A program made the position numbers and the translations under genes. DNA of 64,000 bases, from contig CAWBZV010000005.1 of NCBI GenBank assembly GCA_963793305.1, positions 640,001-704,000 of the forward strand. The letters run 5' to 3'. Source of the DNA: an uncultured Gemmatimonadales bacterium. GTDB lineage: Bacteria; Gemmatimonadota; Gemmatimonadetes; Gemmatimonadales; Gemmatimonadaceae. This document shows positions 10,510 to 19,989 of this stretch, in pieces (position 1 is the stretch's first letter; every line of letters starts with the position of its first letter). Under the pieces are notes generated by a model that made no database searches, had not been told where the DNA came from, and was given only the letters and a program-made list of their open reading frames with translations.

Positions 10510-10638
10510 TACCGGTATTGCCCTCCCGGGGGGACAGTCTCATGCGCGTTAAGGCCGTGTTTCGGTTCCAACGACTTGTAGGTCAACGAGTTGGGAACCG
10601 GGCCCCAACGGGCGCGAATCTCGCTTCCCGATACTGGC

Positions 10639-10947
10639 ATGCCCGCCATACCAGTAGAGACCACGGACGCGCTGCGATCGGCGATCATCGAGCACGTCAC
10701 GTTGGAGCCGGCGCCCGAGGCCCAAGTGCTCGATCGCGTGATCGAGCGGCTGACGCGAGAAGGGCAGCATCTCAACCTGCGCGTCGAGCAACTTCTGGTT
10801 GTCGTGAAGACCTGCTGGCACGAACTGCCCCTGGCCATTCGCCGCTCGCCACGCGCGGCTCCGGATATCCTGCTGAATCGCATGGTCCAAGGGTGCATTC
10901 GGACGTACTACGCGGATTCACGGCGTCGTCGGAGATTGGTCACGTAG
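10639..10947 (+). CDS. Small hypothetical helical protein
   Basis: Protein-like ORF between ppk1 and ackA (EQLLVVVKTCWHELP...CIRTYY); no recognised domain. Confidence 0.6.
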   Translation: MPAIPVETTDALRSAIIEHVTLEPAPEAQVLDRVIERLTREGQHLNLRVEQLLVVVKTCWHELPLAIRRSPRAAPDILLNRMVQGCIRTYYADSRRRRRLVT

Positions 10948-12066
10948 CACGTCGGTCACGTGTCGTGCGATCATCAGCTCTTCGTCGGTCGCGACGACAC
11001 GCACGGTGACCGCATCGCCGTCCGCGGAGAGAATCGCAGCGTTGGCGCCGTTCCGTGCCGGGTCGACACGCACGCCGAGAAATCCCAGCCCCTCGCAGAT
11101 CTGCTCACGCACCGGCGCCGCGTGCTCGCCGATGCCGCCAGTGAACACGATCGTATCAACGCCTCCAAGGGCCGCGGCATAGGCGCCAATGGTTTTCTTG
11201 ACGTGGTAACAGAACACGTCGATGGCTTCTCGCGAATCGGCATCCGTTCGCGCCAGCAATTCCTGCATATCGCTCGTCGCGCCCGAGAGCCCGAGCAATC
11301 CCGCTTGATGGTTGACGAGACGCCCGACGTTACCGGCCGACATATCACGTAACAGATACAGCATGACGCCAGGATCCAGATCCCCGGATCGCGTCCCCAT
11401 GACGAGCCCTCCGGTCGGCGTCATCCCCATACTGGTATCGACACTCCGCCCGTCGAGGACAGCCGCGACGCTCGCGCCGTTGCCGAGGTGCGCGATGATG
11501 GCCCGCTTGCCCAGCGGGACGGCGCTGACCACGTACTCGTAAGACAGCCCGTGGAACCCGTAGCGAATCACCCCGCGATCAGTGAGCGGCCGGGTGAGCC
11601 CCCACAGTTGCGCCACCCGCGGCATGCGCCGGTGAAACGCGGTATCAAAGCACGCGATCTGCTCAAGTCCGGACGACCATCGCCGCACCGCCTCGATCGC
11701 CTCGAGTGCCTGCGGCAGATGCTCCGGCGCCAGGGGAATCAGCCCACGCAACGTGTCCTCCACCGTTGACGTGATGCACACCGGTCCGAAATACGTCGCG
11801 CCACCGTGCACGATGCGATGCCCGACCGCGGCGAGACTCCGCACGTCGAGCCGTGCCTCGAGCGTCTCGGTCAGCACGCGCCACGCGGCGGCATGATCGG
11901 GCAGATCAACGCGCCGCTCGTCCGATGGCGTGCCGTGCACGGTCAGCGTGCCATCCGGCGTCCCGATGCGTGCCAGCGCGCCGGACATGATGCGCCCGTT
12001 CGCGTCTGCCTTCGCGAACACGGCGAACTTGAGGGACGACGAGCCGGCATTGAGCGCGAGAATCAT
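10918..12066 (-). CDS. ackA: Acetate kinase
   Basis: LNAGSSSLKF, GHRIVHGG, FDTAFH, YGFHGLSY, HLGNGAS, MGTRSGDLDPG, FTGGIGE. Confidence 0.95.
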   Translation of the reverse strand: MILALNAGSSSLKFAVFAKADANGRIMSGALARIGTPDGTLTVHGTPSDERRVDLPDHAAAWRVLTETLEARLDVRSLAAVGHRIVHGGATYFGPVCITSTVEDTLRGLIPLAPEHLPQALEAIEAVRRWSSGLEQIACFDTAFHRRMPRVAQLWGLTRPLTDRGVIRYGFHGLSYEYVVSAVPLGKRAIIAHLGNGASVAAVLDGRSVDTSMGMTPTGGLVMGTRSGDLDPGVMLYLLRDMSAGNVGRLVNHQAGLLGLSGATSDMQELLARTDADSREAIDVFCYHVKKTIGAYAAALGGVDTIVFTGGIGEHAAPVREQICEGLGFLGVRVDPARNGANAAILSADGDAVTVRVVATDEELMIARHVTDVLRDQSPTTP

Positions 12067-12106
12067 GGACGAATGGCCAATTTGGTATATGTTGGACCCC
12101 GGGCGT

Positions 12107-13603
12107 ATGGAGCAGCGCGTATTCTACTGCCAGGGCCCGGAAGCACACGTCTGGTCCGATCCAGATGATGCGGGCAAATGTTGTAACGGGTACGAGCGCG
12201 CCGTCGAGATCCAGCGCGACGCGCAGGGCAACGCGCAACTCGCATACTTCTGGCGCCCGATCCCGTCCCCAATCGTCGGTATCGCGGGAGCGCTGGTCGC
12301 CGATGAGGCACGCACACTCGGAACCGACCAGATCGTGATCCCGCCGAGCCCGACCCCGCCTGTCGAGGCCCACAGATGCTCGTTAGACGACGAGCCGCGC
12401 AGCGGGGAGGAGGGTCTTAGCCCGCTCCGCCACATAGCGTACTTCGAAGCACTCGGCGCCTCCGAGACGGGCACCCCGGAGTGGGAGGCGACGTCAGCCG
12501 GACTCGTCGTGCTCAGGCTCGTTGACCGTTGGGTCTGGCGCCACGTCCGCGAGCGCGCACCGACGTTTCGTGAATTCGTCACCGTTCGGCGAGCGATCGC
12601 GCGCGTCGCGCCCGGTGCGATGCGCGCCGCGCTCGAGGAGCTCGCCTCGGCGGTCGCCGTATTCTCCAGCGCGCGCGCGTCGCCAGTGAACGACTGTCTC
12701 ATGGCCTACGCGCAGGTCCTGCAAGATGGCGCGCAGTGGTCGTTGGCGGCCGACGTGTATGACACAGTCCTAATGAATGCGAGATCGGCGTCGGACGCGC
12801 GGGCGTTGCCGGTCTGCGCGGTGCGTGCCGGTCTCTGTCTCCGGATGATGGGCAAACTCCGGGAGGCCGACCGGGTGTACCGCTTCGGTCTCGACGTTGC
12901 CTCGGAGATCGGCGATCGGCACAGCGCGATGCTCGCGCGCGTCGGCCTGGCCGCGGTCGCGGCGCAGCGCGGTGAGCTGCCGGAAGCCGTGTCCGTGCTG
13001 GACCAGGTGATTCTTGACGCTGTCGGGCCGGAGCTCAAGGCGGTCCGGGCCGCGGCGCTTCACGATCGTGGCGGCGTCGCGATCGTCCGGCAGGAATATG
13101 AGCGGGCGGTGCTGCTTCTATATGAAGCGTTCACGCTCTATCAGGATGTCGCGAACCGTGACCGGGCGTTGAACGATCTCGCGACCGCGCTCGGCAGTCT
13201 CGGGTTGCGTGGGGCGGCGCACGATGCGTACTTCGTCATTCATTCGACGTTGCATCAGCGGGATCTGCGGTGGTGGGCAGGCCTCAACCTCATGCGGTTG
13301 GCGGTGCTGGAGCACAACGAGAGCGAGTTTGAGCAGTACCGGCTGCGGCTGCGCCGGGAATCGCTGACGGGCACGCATGCGGCCCACTATGCCCTCTTCG
13401 TCGGGGAGGGGCACGCACGGTTCGGGCGACCCGATCGGGCGCGCCGTGCGTTCTCGCGCGCCGCGGAGCTCGCGCTGGAGTTCGGTCTTCCGTCGGTTGC
13501 CGCCGGAGCGATCGCGGCGCGGGGATCGTCGGAGGTCGCGGCCACGCCCGCCGTCGCGCGGGTCGTCACCGCGATCCGCGCATTGGCCGGAGTCGAATCC
13601 TGA
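12107..13603 (+). CDS. TPR-like helical repeat protein; the Cys-containing N-terminal ~90 aa may be a separate gene
   Basis: Ala/Leu-rich helical repeats; extensive similarity to 23753..24788; start uncertain (12107 or about 12376). Confidence 0.7.
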   Translation: MEQRVFYCQGPEAHVWSDPDDAGKCCNGYERAVEIQRDAQGNAQLAYFWRPIPSPIVGIAGALVADEARTLGTDQIVIPPSPTPPVEAHRCSLDDEPRSGEEGLSPLRHIAYFEALGASETGTPEWEATSAGLVVLRLVDRWVWRHVRERAPTFREFVTVRRAIARVAPGAMRAALEELASAVAVFSSARASPVNDCLMAYAQVLQDGAQWSLAADVYDTVLMNARSASDARALPVCAVRAGLCLRMMGKLREADRVYRFGLDVASEIGDRHSAMLARVGLAAVAAQRGELPEAVSVLDQVILDAVGPELKAVRAAALHDRGGVAIVRQEYERAVLLLYEAFTLYQDVANRDRALNDLATALGSLGLRGAAHDAYFVIHSTLHQRDLRWWAGLNLMRLAVLEHNESEFEQYRLRLRRESLTGTHAAHYALFVGEGHARFGRPDRARRAFSRAAELALEFGLPSVAAGAIAARGSSEVAATPAVARVVTAIRALAGVES

Positions 13604-13605
13604 CC

Positions 13606-14451
13606 ATGCGGTTGCACCTGGGTCGCCGTTTGCGTGTGCTGCCAGCGCTCGCCGATCACGTCCTGCCATCGACGCGATCGATCGATGTCATCGCGTTTCT
13701 GCCCGACCGGCTGCTCCAGACGCTCCGCGTGGTCGCCGCGGGGCGTCATGTGCTCACGACTGTCGCGACGATGTCGGAGCTGGACGCAGCGTTGCGACAG
13801 GGTCGCGCCGATTGCGCGGTGGTCGATCCGCAGGGTCCTGGCCGGCCCGGGGCCAAGCGACTCGGACCGTTGCTCGCGCGGTATCCGGGCGTGCACGTCG
13901 TGGTGTATACGACGCTCACGGCCGAGTCCATGCACGACGTCGCGGCCCTCGGCGTTCGCGACGTCGTGCTCTTCAACTGCGACGACCGGCCGACCTACTT
14001 TCGCGACCTGCTCGAGACCGCGCCGGCGGCCTCGCTCACGGACGACGTGCTGGCGCGGGTCGAGGGGGCGCTCACGATCGTGCGACCCGAGCTCCGTCGC
14101 GCGCTGGCCGAGCTCTTTCGCGCTCCGGAAACAATCAGATCGGTCGATGCCTTCCGTCGCGTCGCGGGTATGTCACGCATGACGCTCGGCCGTGCGCTCA
14201 CGAAGGCTGGGCTGACGTCGCCTAGTGGTCTTCTGCGATCGGCCCGCGTGGTCCGCGTGTACTTCCTGGTGCGTCGCGGCGGGCTCCGCCTCAAGATTAT
14301 CGCGCCGCGGCTAGGCTACTCGTCGCCGCGAAAGTTGGCGGATGAGTGCAAGGCGTTGACGGGGCTCACGCCGATGCTGTTGTCGCGGACCGTCGATCCC
14401 GATGAGTTCTCGGCGCTCATCGCGCGCAAACTCATGCGCCATCCGTTGTAG
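13606..14451 (+). CDS. AraC-family regulator with receiver-like N-terminal domain
   Basis: DCAVVDP and VVVYT receiver-like strands; C-terminal twin HTH (AGMSRMTLGRAL; IAPRLGYSSPRKL..CKALTGLTP). Confidence 0.8.
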   Translation: MRLHLGRRLRVLPALADHVLPSTRSIDVIAFLPDRLLQTLRVVAAGRHVLTTVATMSELDAALRQGRADCAVVDPQGPGRPGAKRLGPLLARYPGVHVVVYTTLTAESMHDVAALGVRDVVLFNCDDRPTYFRDLLETAPAASLTDDVLARVEGALTIVRPELRRALAELFRAPETIRSVDAFRRVAGMSRMTLGRALTKAGLTSPSGLLRSARVVRVYFLVRRGGLRLKIIAPRLGYSSPRKLADECKALTGLTPMLLSRTVDPDEFSALIARKLMRHPL

Positions 14452-14515
14452 CTGCGCCGTTCATAACCACTCCGTTTTCAACACCACGTATCGTCCTCGT
14501 CGCGTATTGCTTCTG

Positions 14516-14562
14516 GCAACATTTTACAGTTGCGGGTGTGACTCAGTGGGCATATCTATGCC
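14516..14562. promoter_or_regulatory. Candidate operator/hairpin elements upstream of the lasso operon
   Basis: GCAAC-N8-GTTGC dyad (14516-14533) and GGCATA-TC-TATGCC (14549-14562) in an AT-richer spacer. Confidence 0.3.
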
Positions 14563-14634
14563 GCCACAGGCAAGCAGTCAGTGAGAGTGCGCCGCTGACG
14601 GGTCGTATGCAGCGAGTTCGATCCCTTTGTTCCG

Positions 14635-14958
14635 ATGATCGCGAGCTTTTTCCGGCGCGCCCGCGGGAAGCCAGCCGTTTCGTTGTCCGACCGTCTCATC
14701 GCGTCCCCACGCGTGTCGCGCGCGACGCAGCACGGTCAGACCATGCTGCTCGATCTCTCGGGCGGGGCGTACTACACGCTGAACGAGAGCGGCGCGTTCA
14801 TCTGGGACATGCTGAAGCAAGGCACCACGCTCGGCGAGATCGTCGACGCGCTCGAAGCGCGCTACGATGCGCCACGCGAACAGATCGCTTCCGACGCCTC
14901 CACAATGACCACGGAGCTGATTGCTGCCTCCTTGGTCCGCTTTGAGCGTGCCCAGTGA
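14635..14958 (+). CDS. PqqD-family RiPP recognition element (lasso B1/E)
   Basis: LLDLSGGAYYTLNESGAFIWDML signature; adjacent to B2 peptidase and cyclase. Confidence 0.92.
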   Translation: MIASFFRRARGKPAVSLSDRLIASPRVSRATQHGQTMLLDLSGGAYYTLNESGAFIWDMLKQGTTLGEIVDALEARYDAPREQIASDASTMTTELIAASLVRFERAQ

Positions 14959-15356
14959 TGACGCGAACTCGCGTCATCAAGCGAATTCGAGCCGTCGACA
15001 GCGCGGTCGCGCTGATCGCGATCAAGCTCATGCTGCTCGTGATCGGCTTCGCGCGCACTTACTCATTGCTCCAATCGCGCGTGCGCGATCTCGCCACAAC
15101 CACCGAGCCCGATGCCGCGACCTTGGACGCCTCCGCGCGCTCGATCGTCGTCGCCGCCATACTGATTCCGGGCCGCATCGAGTGCCTTGAGCAATCTTTG
15201 GCACTCTGGTACTTACTCCGCCGCCGCGGTGTCTGCGCCGAGCTGACGTTCGGCATGCGACAGTACCCGTTCGGCGCGCACGCCTGGGTAACCTACCGAG
15301 GCGAGCCGCTCAACGAGGATCGCGAAGCGCTCCGACATTACGTCGCCTTCGCCTGA
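14955..15356 (+). CDS. Lasso peptide leader peptidase (B2, transglutaminase-like)
   Basis: CLEQSLAL (catalytic Cys) and PFGAHAWV (catalytic His) motifs. Confidence 0.93.
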   Translation: MMTRTRVIKRIRAVDSAVALIAIKLMLLVIGFARTYSLLQSRVRDLATTTEPDAATLDASARSIVVAAILIPGRIECLEQSLALWYLLRRRGVCAELTFGMRQYPFGAHAWVTYRGEPLNEDREALRHYVAFA

Positions 15357-15360
15357 TCTC

Positions 15361-17107
15361 ATGCCCTCATTCTTCACACTGGTGCGCCCGGGCGGCGTCC
15401 CAGCCGACGAAGGAGTTCGCTGCGGCGACTGGACCGTCGTTGGCACGGCGCGCCTCGACAACCGCGCCGATCTCCAGTCGTGGGCGAACGCACCGGCAGC
15501 GGCCTCCGATCTCGATCTGATCGCGTCGGTAATCTCCACTCGCGGCGAACGCTGCGTCCGCGACCTCCTCGGCGACTTCGCTTTCGTCGCCCAGAATGCC
15601 GTGACTCACCAGGCAATCGCGGCGCGCGACGCATTCGGCGTGCGGCCTCTCTACTACCGCACCAAGCCCGACGAGCTGGCCTTCTCTTCCCACGCCGCTC
15701 GTCTGGCCGAGGGCACCGAGTATGACCTCGACTACATCGCCGAGTTCATTCTTTCGGGCTTCGACCGCGACCACCGCACACCTTACCGCGGCGTCCGCGC
15801 TTTCCCTCCGGGCCACGTCCTCGTAGCCCAGAACGGCACCACGACTCTCTCGCGCTACTGGTCCGCGGCCGAGTTCCAGCCCGCCGAGCATGCCTCGGCC
15901 GAGGAGAGCTGCACCGAGTTCCGTGCTTTGCTCGAGCGCGCGCTCATTCTCGAACCTCACAGGCGCCGACGACTGTTGGTCGCAACTGTCAGGCGGTCTC
16001 GACTCCTCCTCGCTCGTTTCGCTCACAGAAACAATGCGCCGTGCCGGCCGAGTCCCACACGGGATCGCCGGCACCGTGATGATGGTCGACTCGCTCGACG
16101 ACGAGTCTCACTACGCACGCGCGGTCGTCGAACAGTACGGCGTTCGCTTCGAAACGGTCACCGACTACTGGCTCTGGCAAGACGACGGCGAACCGCCGCC
16201 GCCCAACGACCTACCGGACCCACTCTACCCGATGTACGCCCGCAACCGCGCCCTCTGCTCGATCGTGCGCAACGCCGGCGGTCGAGTTTTGTTCAGCGGC
16301 GTCGGCCCCGACCACTTCGTCGCCGGCAACCTGTATTTCTTCGCCGACTGGCTCGCACGCGGCAAGGTCCTCGAAACCATTCGCGAGCTCTGGCGTTGGT
16401 CGGTGCTCGGCAAGAAGCCATTCTGGAAATACGCGGTCGACAACGCGATCGCCCCTTTGCTGCCGTCACGCCTCCGCAGCCTGGCGGCGCCGCGCTGGGC
16501 GCAGGTATACGACTGGATCTCTCCAGGGTTTGCCCGTCGCCTTGGGTTGAACGATCGGACCGCATGGGGCCGCGCGCTTAACGAGGCCCCACTCGGACAC
16601 AAATTCGAGGGGCAGGGCGTAGCGGACATCGATCACTTGGTCGTATGCATCGATCGTGGCGAGTTTGAGAGGGGCATCGAGATGCGATGTCCATTCCTCT
16701 ATCGCCCATTCGTGGAATTCTGCCTTCGGCTTCCGCGCGAGCTCCGTATTGAGAAGGCGACCAAGAAGTGGCTCATGCGCGAGGCGATGAAGGGCGTCCT
16801 TCCCGAAGGCGTTCGCACTCGTCGCGATAAGGGTGCGATCAGCGGTCGCACGCGCTGGGCTCTGAGTCGAGAAGGGTCAACTATCGCAACTATGCTGAAG
16901 TCGTCAACCCTCGCCGACCTAGGATGTATCGACATTACGAAGGTGCGGAAGGCAATTGAACGCGCTCGCACCGGTGATGACGCGGTGCTGTTCGCGGTCA
17001 CGCGAACGTTGGCGCTCGAATTCTGGCTACAGGTTACCAATCACCGGAGGAGGGTCCGCAGCCTTCCTACCGATTCGGCGGCATCGACCCTCGCCGTCGC
17101 CGTATAA
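15361..17107 (+). CDS. Lasso cyclase (asparagine synthetase-like), split by a +1 frameshift near 15947
   Basis: ARLDNR, GDFAF, ARDAFGVRPLYY in the first frame; LSGGLDSS, SGVGPD, RCPFL, KWLMREAM in the second; no N-terminal glutaminase Cys. Confidence 0.9.
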
Positions 17108-17135
17108 CACCACTCATTCTGGAGAAAGCAAGACA

Positions 17136-17255
17136 ATGCACAGCACCATCAAGCAGAGCTACCTTGCACCAAGCGCCACGCACACGACAATCGCGGTCGT
17201 CACGCTCGGAACCGCCAGTCAGTCTGGTGAGCCTGTCGCCGGCCTCCACTGGTAA
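17136..17255 (+). CDS. Lasso peptide precursor, 39 aa (MHSTIKQSYLAPSATHTTIAVVTL-GTASQSGEPVAGLHW)
   Basis: GGAGA RBS at 17121-17125; YxxP leader motif; Thr at -2; core starts with Gly and has Glu at position 8; directly follows the cyclase. Confidence 0.9.
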   Translation: MHSTIKQSYLAPSATHTTIAVVTLGTASQSGEPVAGLHW

Positions 17256-17264
17256 GCCGAGCTG

Positions 17265-17297
17265 CTGACGTGGAGCGGTCGCGGCCGCTCCCGTCAG
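17265..17297. terminator. GC-rich hairpin between convergent precursor and TonB-dependent receptor genes
   Basis: CTGACG(T)GGAGCGG-loop-CCGCTCCCGTCAG; no clear U-tract. Confidence 0.5.
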
Positions 17298-19888
17298 TAC
17301 AGGACGCGGAGTCCGAGGCTGGTCGTACGTCCGGGTGTCACAAACGTGGCAAATTGCTCGACAGCGTGGTTGTCGGTGAGGTTGTCGACGCTGACCCAAC
17401 CAGAGACGCGTCGGCTCAATTGCTGGTCGATCGTAAACCTGAGCTTGACGAAGCCAGGCCAACGCTTGAGTTCTTGGCGGGGAGTGAGGAGCGAATCTGC
17501 GGGGAGCGCCTGCTTCACGACGTCCATGCTGGTCCAGTAACCGACATACGTCCCTCCGACGCCAATGTCTCCGCCACGCCAGGGCGTAGCATTCATCGTC
17601 ATCCCACCTGACGTCAGTGGTACCAGTTGCGCTTGGTCGCCGACTCGGTATGAGCCGGTCGTGTCGCCGCCTAGTTTGACGATCTTGCTGGATGTGTACG
17701 AGTATTCCCCGGTCAAGCGCACCGGTGGCAAGGTGACCGTGCCGCTGATCTCCAACCCTTCGTTCTTGATCTCGCCGATATTTTGATACTGAAAGATGGT
17801 GGTTCCTTGTTTCGATCCCACTTGCTCGTGAATGATCAGATCATGTGCCCGCTGGTTGTAGTACGTGACCGAGAGTGATCCTGAATTGCCGAATTCCAGA
17901 TCAACTCCGCCGTCGCCGCCATCTTGACGCTCCGGCGCCAGCACCGGATTCGCACGCTGAACGGCGCCGAAGAGAAGAGACGCAGAATCACGTTGCGCCG
18001 GTAGACCGGGTTGGATCGCCGATCCGTACGAGGTCCGAGCTTTCAATACGATGTCGCCCAATGATTTAACGAAGGAGGCTCCGATTCGAGGAGCCAGCGC
18101 CACGCTGTAGTGCAGTCCGAAGCCGTTGTCTATGTCTGCGCGCAACCCGCCCGTCACGAATAGATGTTCCAGCACATTGATCTGGACTTGGCCGAAGCCG
18201 CCTGTGTTACTCACGGGATTGCGGTTGATAGCTGCCGCCGACGAGGAAGCGAGTCCCACGATGGCCGGCAATAGTGAGAGACCGACTTGATCTGATGTCC
18301 GTTCGTAGTGATCGAACCCGATCGTTGCTACTCCGTTCCATTCACGGCCGATTGGAACATGCACCGACGAGTTGTACGCGATGGATGCCTTGCCACTGGC
18401 TTGGTTGAATGACGCCAATAAGCTGTCGCCGGGGCTCGTGTATTGTGGTGACGTGCGTACTTCTTCGAGCTCGGAACGATCATAACCGATCGTGAGGCTG
18501 TGTGTCCACGCTTCGAAAGGACGATAAACGAGATTCAGCCCGTACGTCTCCTCGCGCTCCGTGTCGGTAGTGTTCTGCGGCTTCGCGTACGCCGGGACCC
18601 CAGTGGCGATGAGCGCCGGCGACTCGATGGCTGGGAAGGTCCTTTCGATATAACGAGCCGAGAGTTGAACGGAGACTGGCCGCTCGTCCAGGCGAATGCC
18701 GCCGTAGGCGCTCGGATCAGACGAATAGTACCCCGGTAGCCAGTCACCTACGTGGCGATAAGAAGCCCCGAGGTCATAGCTCGCGTCACCGTGAGCCCGT
18801 TCCAGAGATACGCTGTACTTCTGCTGCAACGCGGCGCCAGGCTGCGCAGGATCTTGGACGACGCCCTCGGCGACCGATGCCTCCAGGGTCGGATGGTCGG
18901 TCGCCAGCTCGCCATGCTTCGTGAAGATTTGCATCACACCACCGCTGGCATCCGATCCATAGATGGTCGACGCTTCCGGTCCGCGGATGACTTCGACGTG
19001 ATCGATACTGTTGATGTCGACAGCCGCATATGCGGGATCCGCAACCTCGACTCCGTCGATGTACGTCTTGATGTTGTTGATATTGAACGAGTTGATGCCT
19101 CGCACGCTGATCGTGCTGTAGTAGTCAAGTTGGCCTTGATCCCAGGCGATGCTCCCCGGCACTTGCCCGCGGAAGATCTGGTCCACACTTGTGAGGTGCT
19201 GTTGCTGGATCTCGTCACTCGTGATGACGCTGATGGGCGTCGGTATGTCGGCCACCAAAGTGGGCGTGACGGTACCGGTCACAACGACCCGTTCGAGCTC
19301 ACCCGTGAACTGCTCGACGCGAAACTCGACAGTCTGCCGACTGCTCTGGGTGACCGTGACCGTCTGGGACACGGGATGGTAGCCGAGCAGGCGTGCCTGG
19401 ACGGTGAAGGTGCCGTTGGGCACCGAGTCCAGACGGAACGCGCCGCTGTCCGTGGTAACCCCGTGGTGCCACAGGCCCACAATGACGATCGTGGCGCCGG
19501 GGATAGGTGCGCCGGTGTGCGAGTTCAGAACGTGGCCGCGGACGACCGACGGCGGAGCCTGGCGGACGATGATCGCGGAATCGAATGGCTGCGCGACGAG
19601 CCCCGTGCCGCGCAGAACGAAGCCGAGGGCGCGGGCTAGGGTGGTGCGGGAGTCGTGGAGTGTGACTCTCTGGGCAAGTGAGTTGACGACCAGCGTCTCG
19701 AAATTGAAGTCGACGCCAGTCGACCTGTGGATCTCGTCGAGCGCCTCGCGGACCGTCGCGTCGCGAAGGTCGACGGTGACGATCCGATCGAGGGGAGTCG
19801 GCGACGAACTGGCGGGGCGGGGAGTCGCCGGAGCCTGGGCACGCGCAACGCAAGGCTCCACTCCCAACCCGACGGAAATGGCCAGCAC
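17294..19888 (-). CDS. TonB-dependent receptor/transducer (STN signalling domain, carboxypeptidase-regulatory-like domain, plug, barrel)
   Basis: N-terminal LDRIVTVDLRDATVREAL; VVVTGT TonB box; IDHVEVIRGPEASTIYGSDASGGV; C-terminal NLTD...PGRTTSLGLRVLY. Confidence 0.93.
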   Translation of the reverse strand: MLAISVGLGVEPCVARAQAPATPRPASSSPTPLDRIVTVDLRDATVREALDEIHRSTGVDFNFETLVVNSLAQRVTLHDSRTTLARALGFVLRGTGLVAQPFDSAIIVRQAPPSVVRGHVLNSHTGAPIPGATIVIVGLWHHGVTTDSGAFRLDSVPNGTFTVQARLLGYHPVSQTVTVTQSSRQTVEFRVEQFTGELERVVVTGTVTPTLVADIPTPISVITSDEIQQQHLTSVDQIFRGQVPGSIAWDQGQLDYYSTISVRGINSFNINNIKTYIDGVEVADPAYAAVDINSIDHVEVIRGPEASTIYGSDASGGVMQIFTKHGELATDHPTLEASVAEGVVQDPAQPGAALQQKYSVSLERAHGDASYDLGASYRHVGDWLPGYYSSDPSAYGGIRLDERPVSVQLSARYIERTFPAIESPALIATGVPAYAKPQNTTDTEREETYGLNLVYRPFEAWTHSLTIGYDRSELEEVRTSPQYTSPGDSLLASFNQASGKASIAYNSSVHVPIGREWNGVATIGFDHYERTSDQVGLSLLPAIVGLASSSAAAINRNPVSNTGGFGQVQINVLEHLFVTGGLRADIDNGFGLHYSVALAPRIGASFVKSLGDIVLKARTSYGSAIQPGLPAQRDSASLLFGAVQRANPVLAPERQDGGDGGVDLEFGNSGSLSVTYYNQRAHDLIIHEQVGSKQGTTIFQYQNIGEIKNEGLEISGTVTLPPVRLTGEYSYTSSKIVKLGGDTTGSYRVGDQAQLVPLTSGGMTMNATPWRGGDIGVGGTYVGYWTSMDVVKQALPADSLLTPRQELKRWPGFVKLRFTIDQQLSRRVSGWVSVDNLTDNHAVEQFATFVTPGRTTSLGLRVLY

Positions 19889-19989
19889 GAGAAGCGATGA
19901 AGCGAACCGCCGAGCGGTGCAGGCCAGGACTTAGGCCTCCCAATGAGGTGGGGATGCGTCTTTACGCCCCCCACACTACATTAGGTTCT

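Noticed and set aside
14514..14533. Sigma-54 promoter (TGGCA...TTGC) before the lasso operon
   Set aside because: GG-to-GC spacing is 15 nt rather than the required 10
14635..14958. PQQ biosynthesis gene
   Set aside because: No pqqB/C/E present; the context is lasso biosynthesis
15361..17107. Ordinary asparagine synthetase or pseudogene
   Set aside because: No N-terminal Cys, flanked by RRE, B2 and precursor genes; the frameshift fits the window-wide indel pattern
16956..17255. 99-aa ORF as the precursor
   Set aside because: Overlaps the cyclase; the RBS and leader motifs support the ATG at 17136
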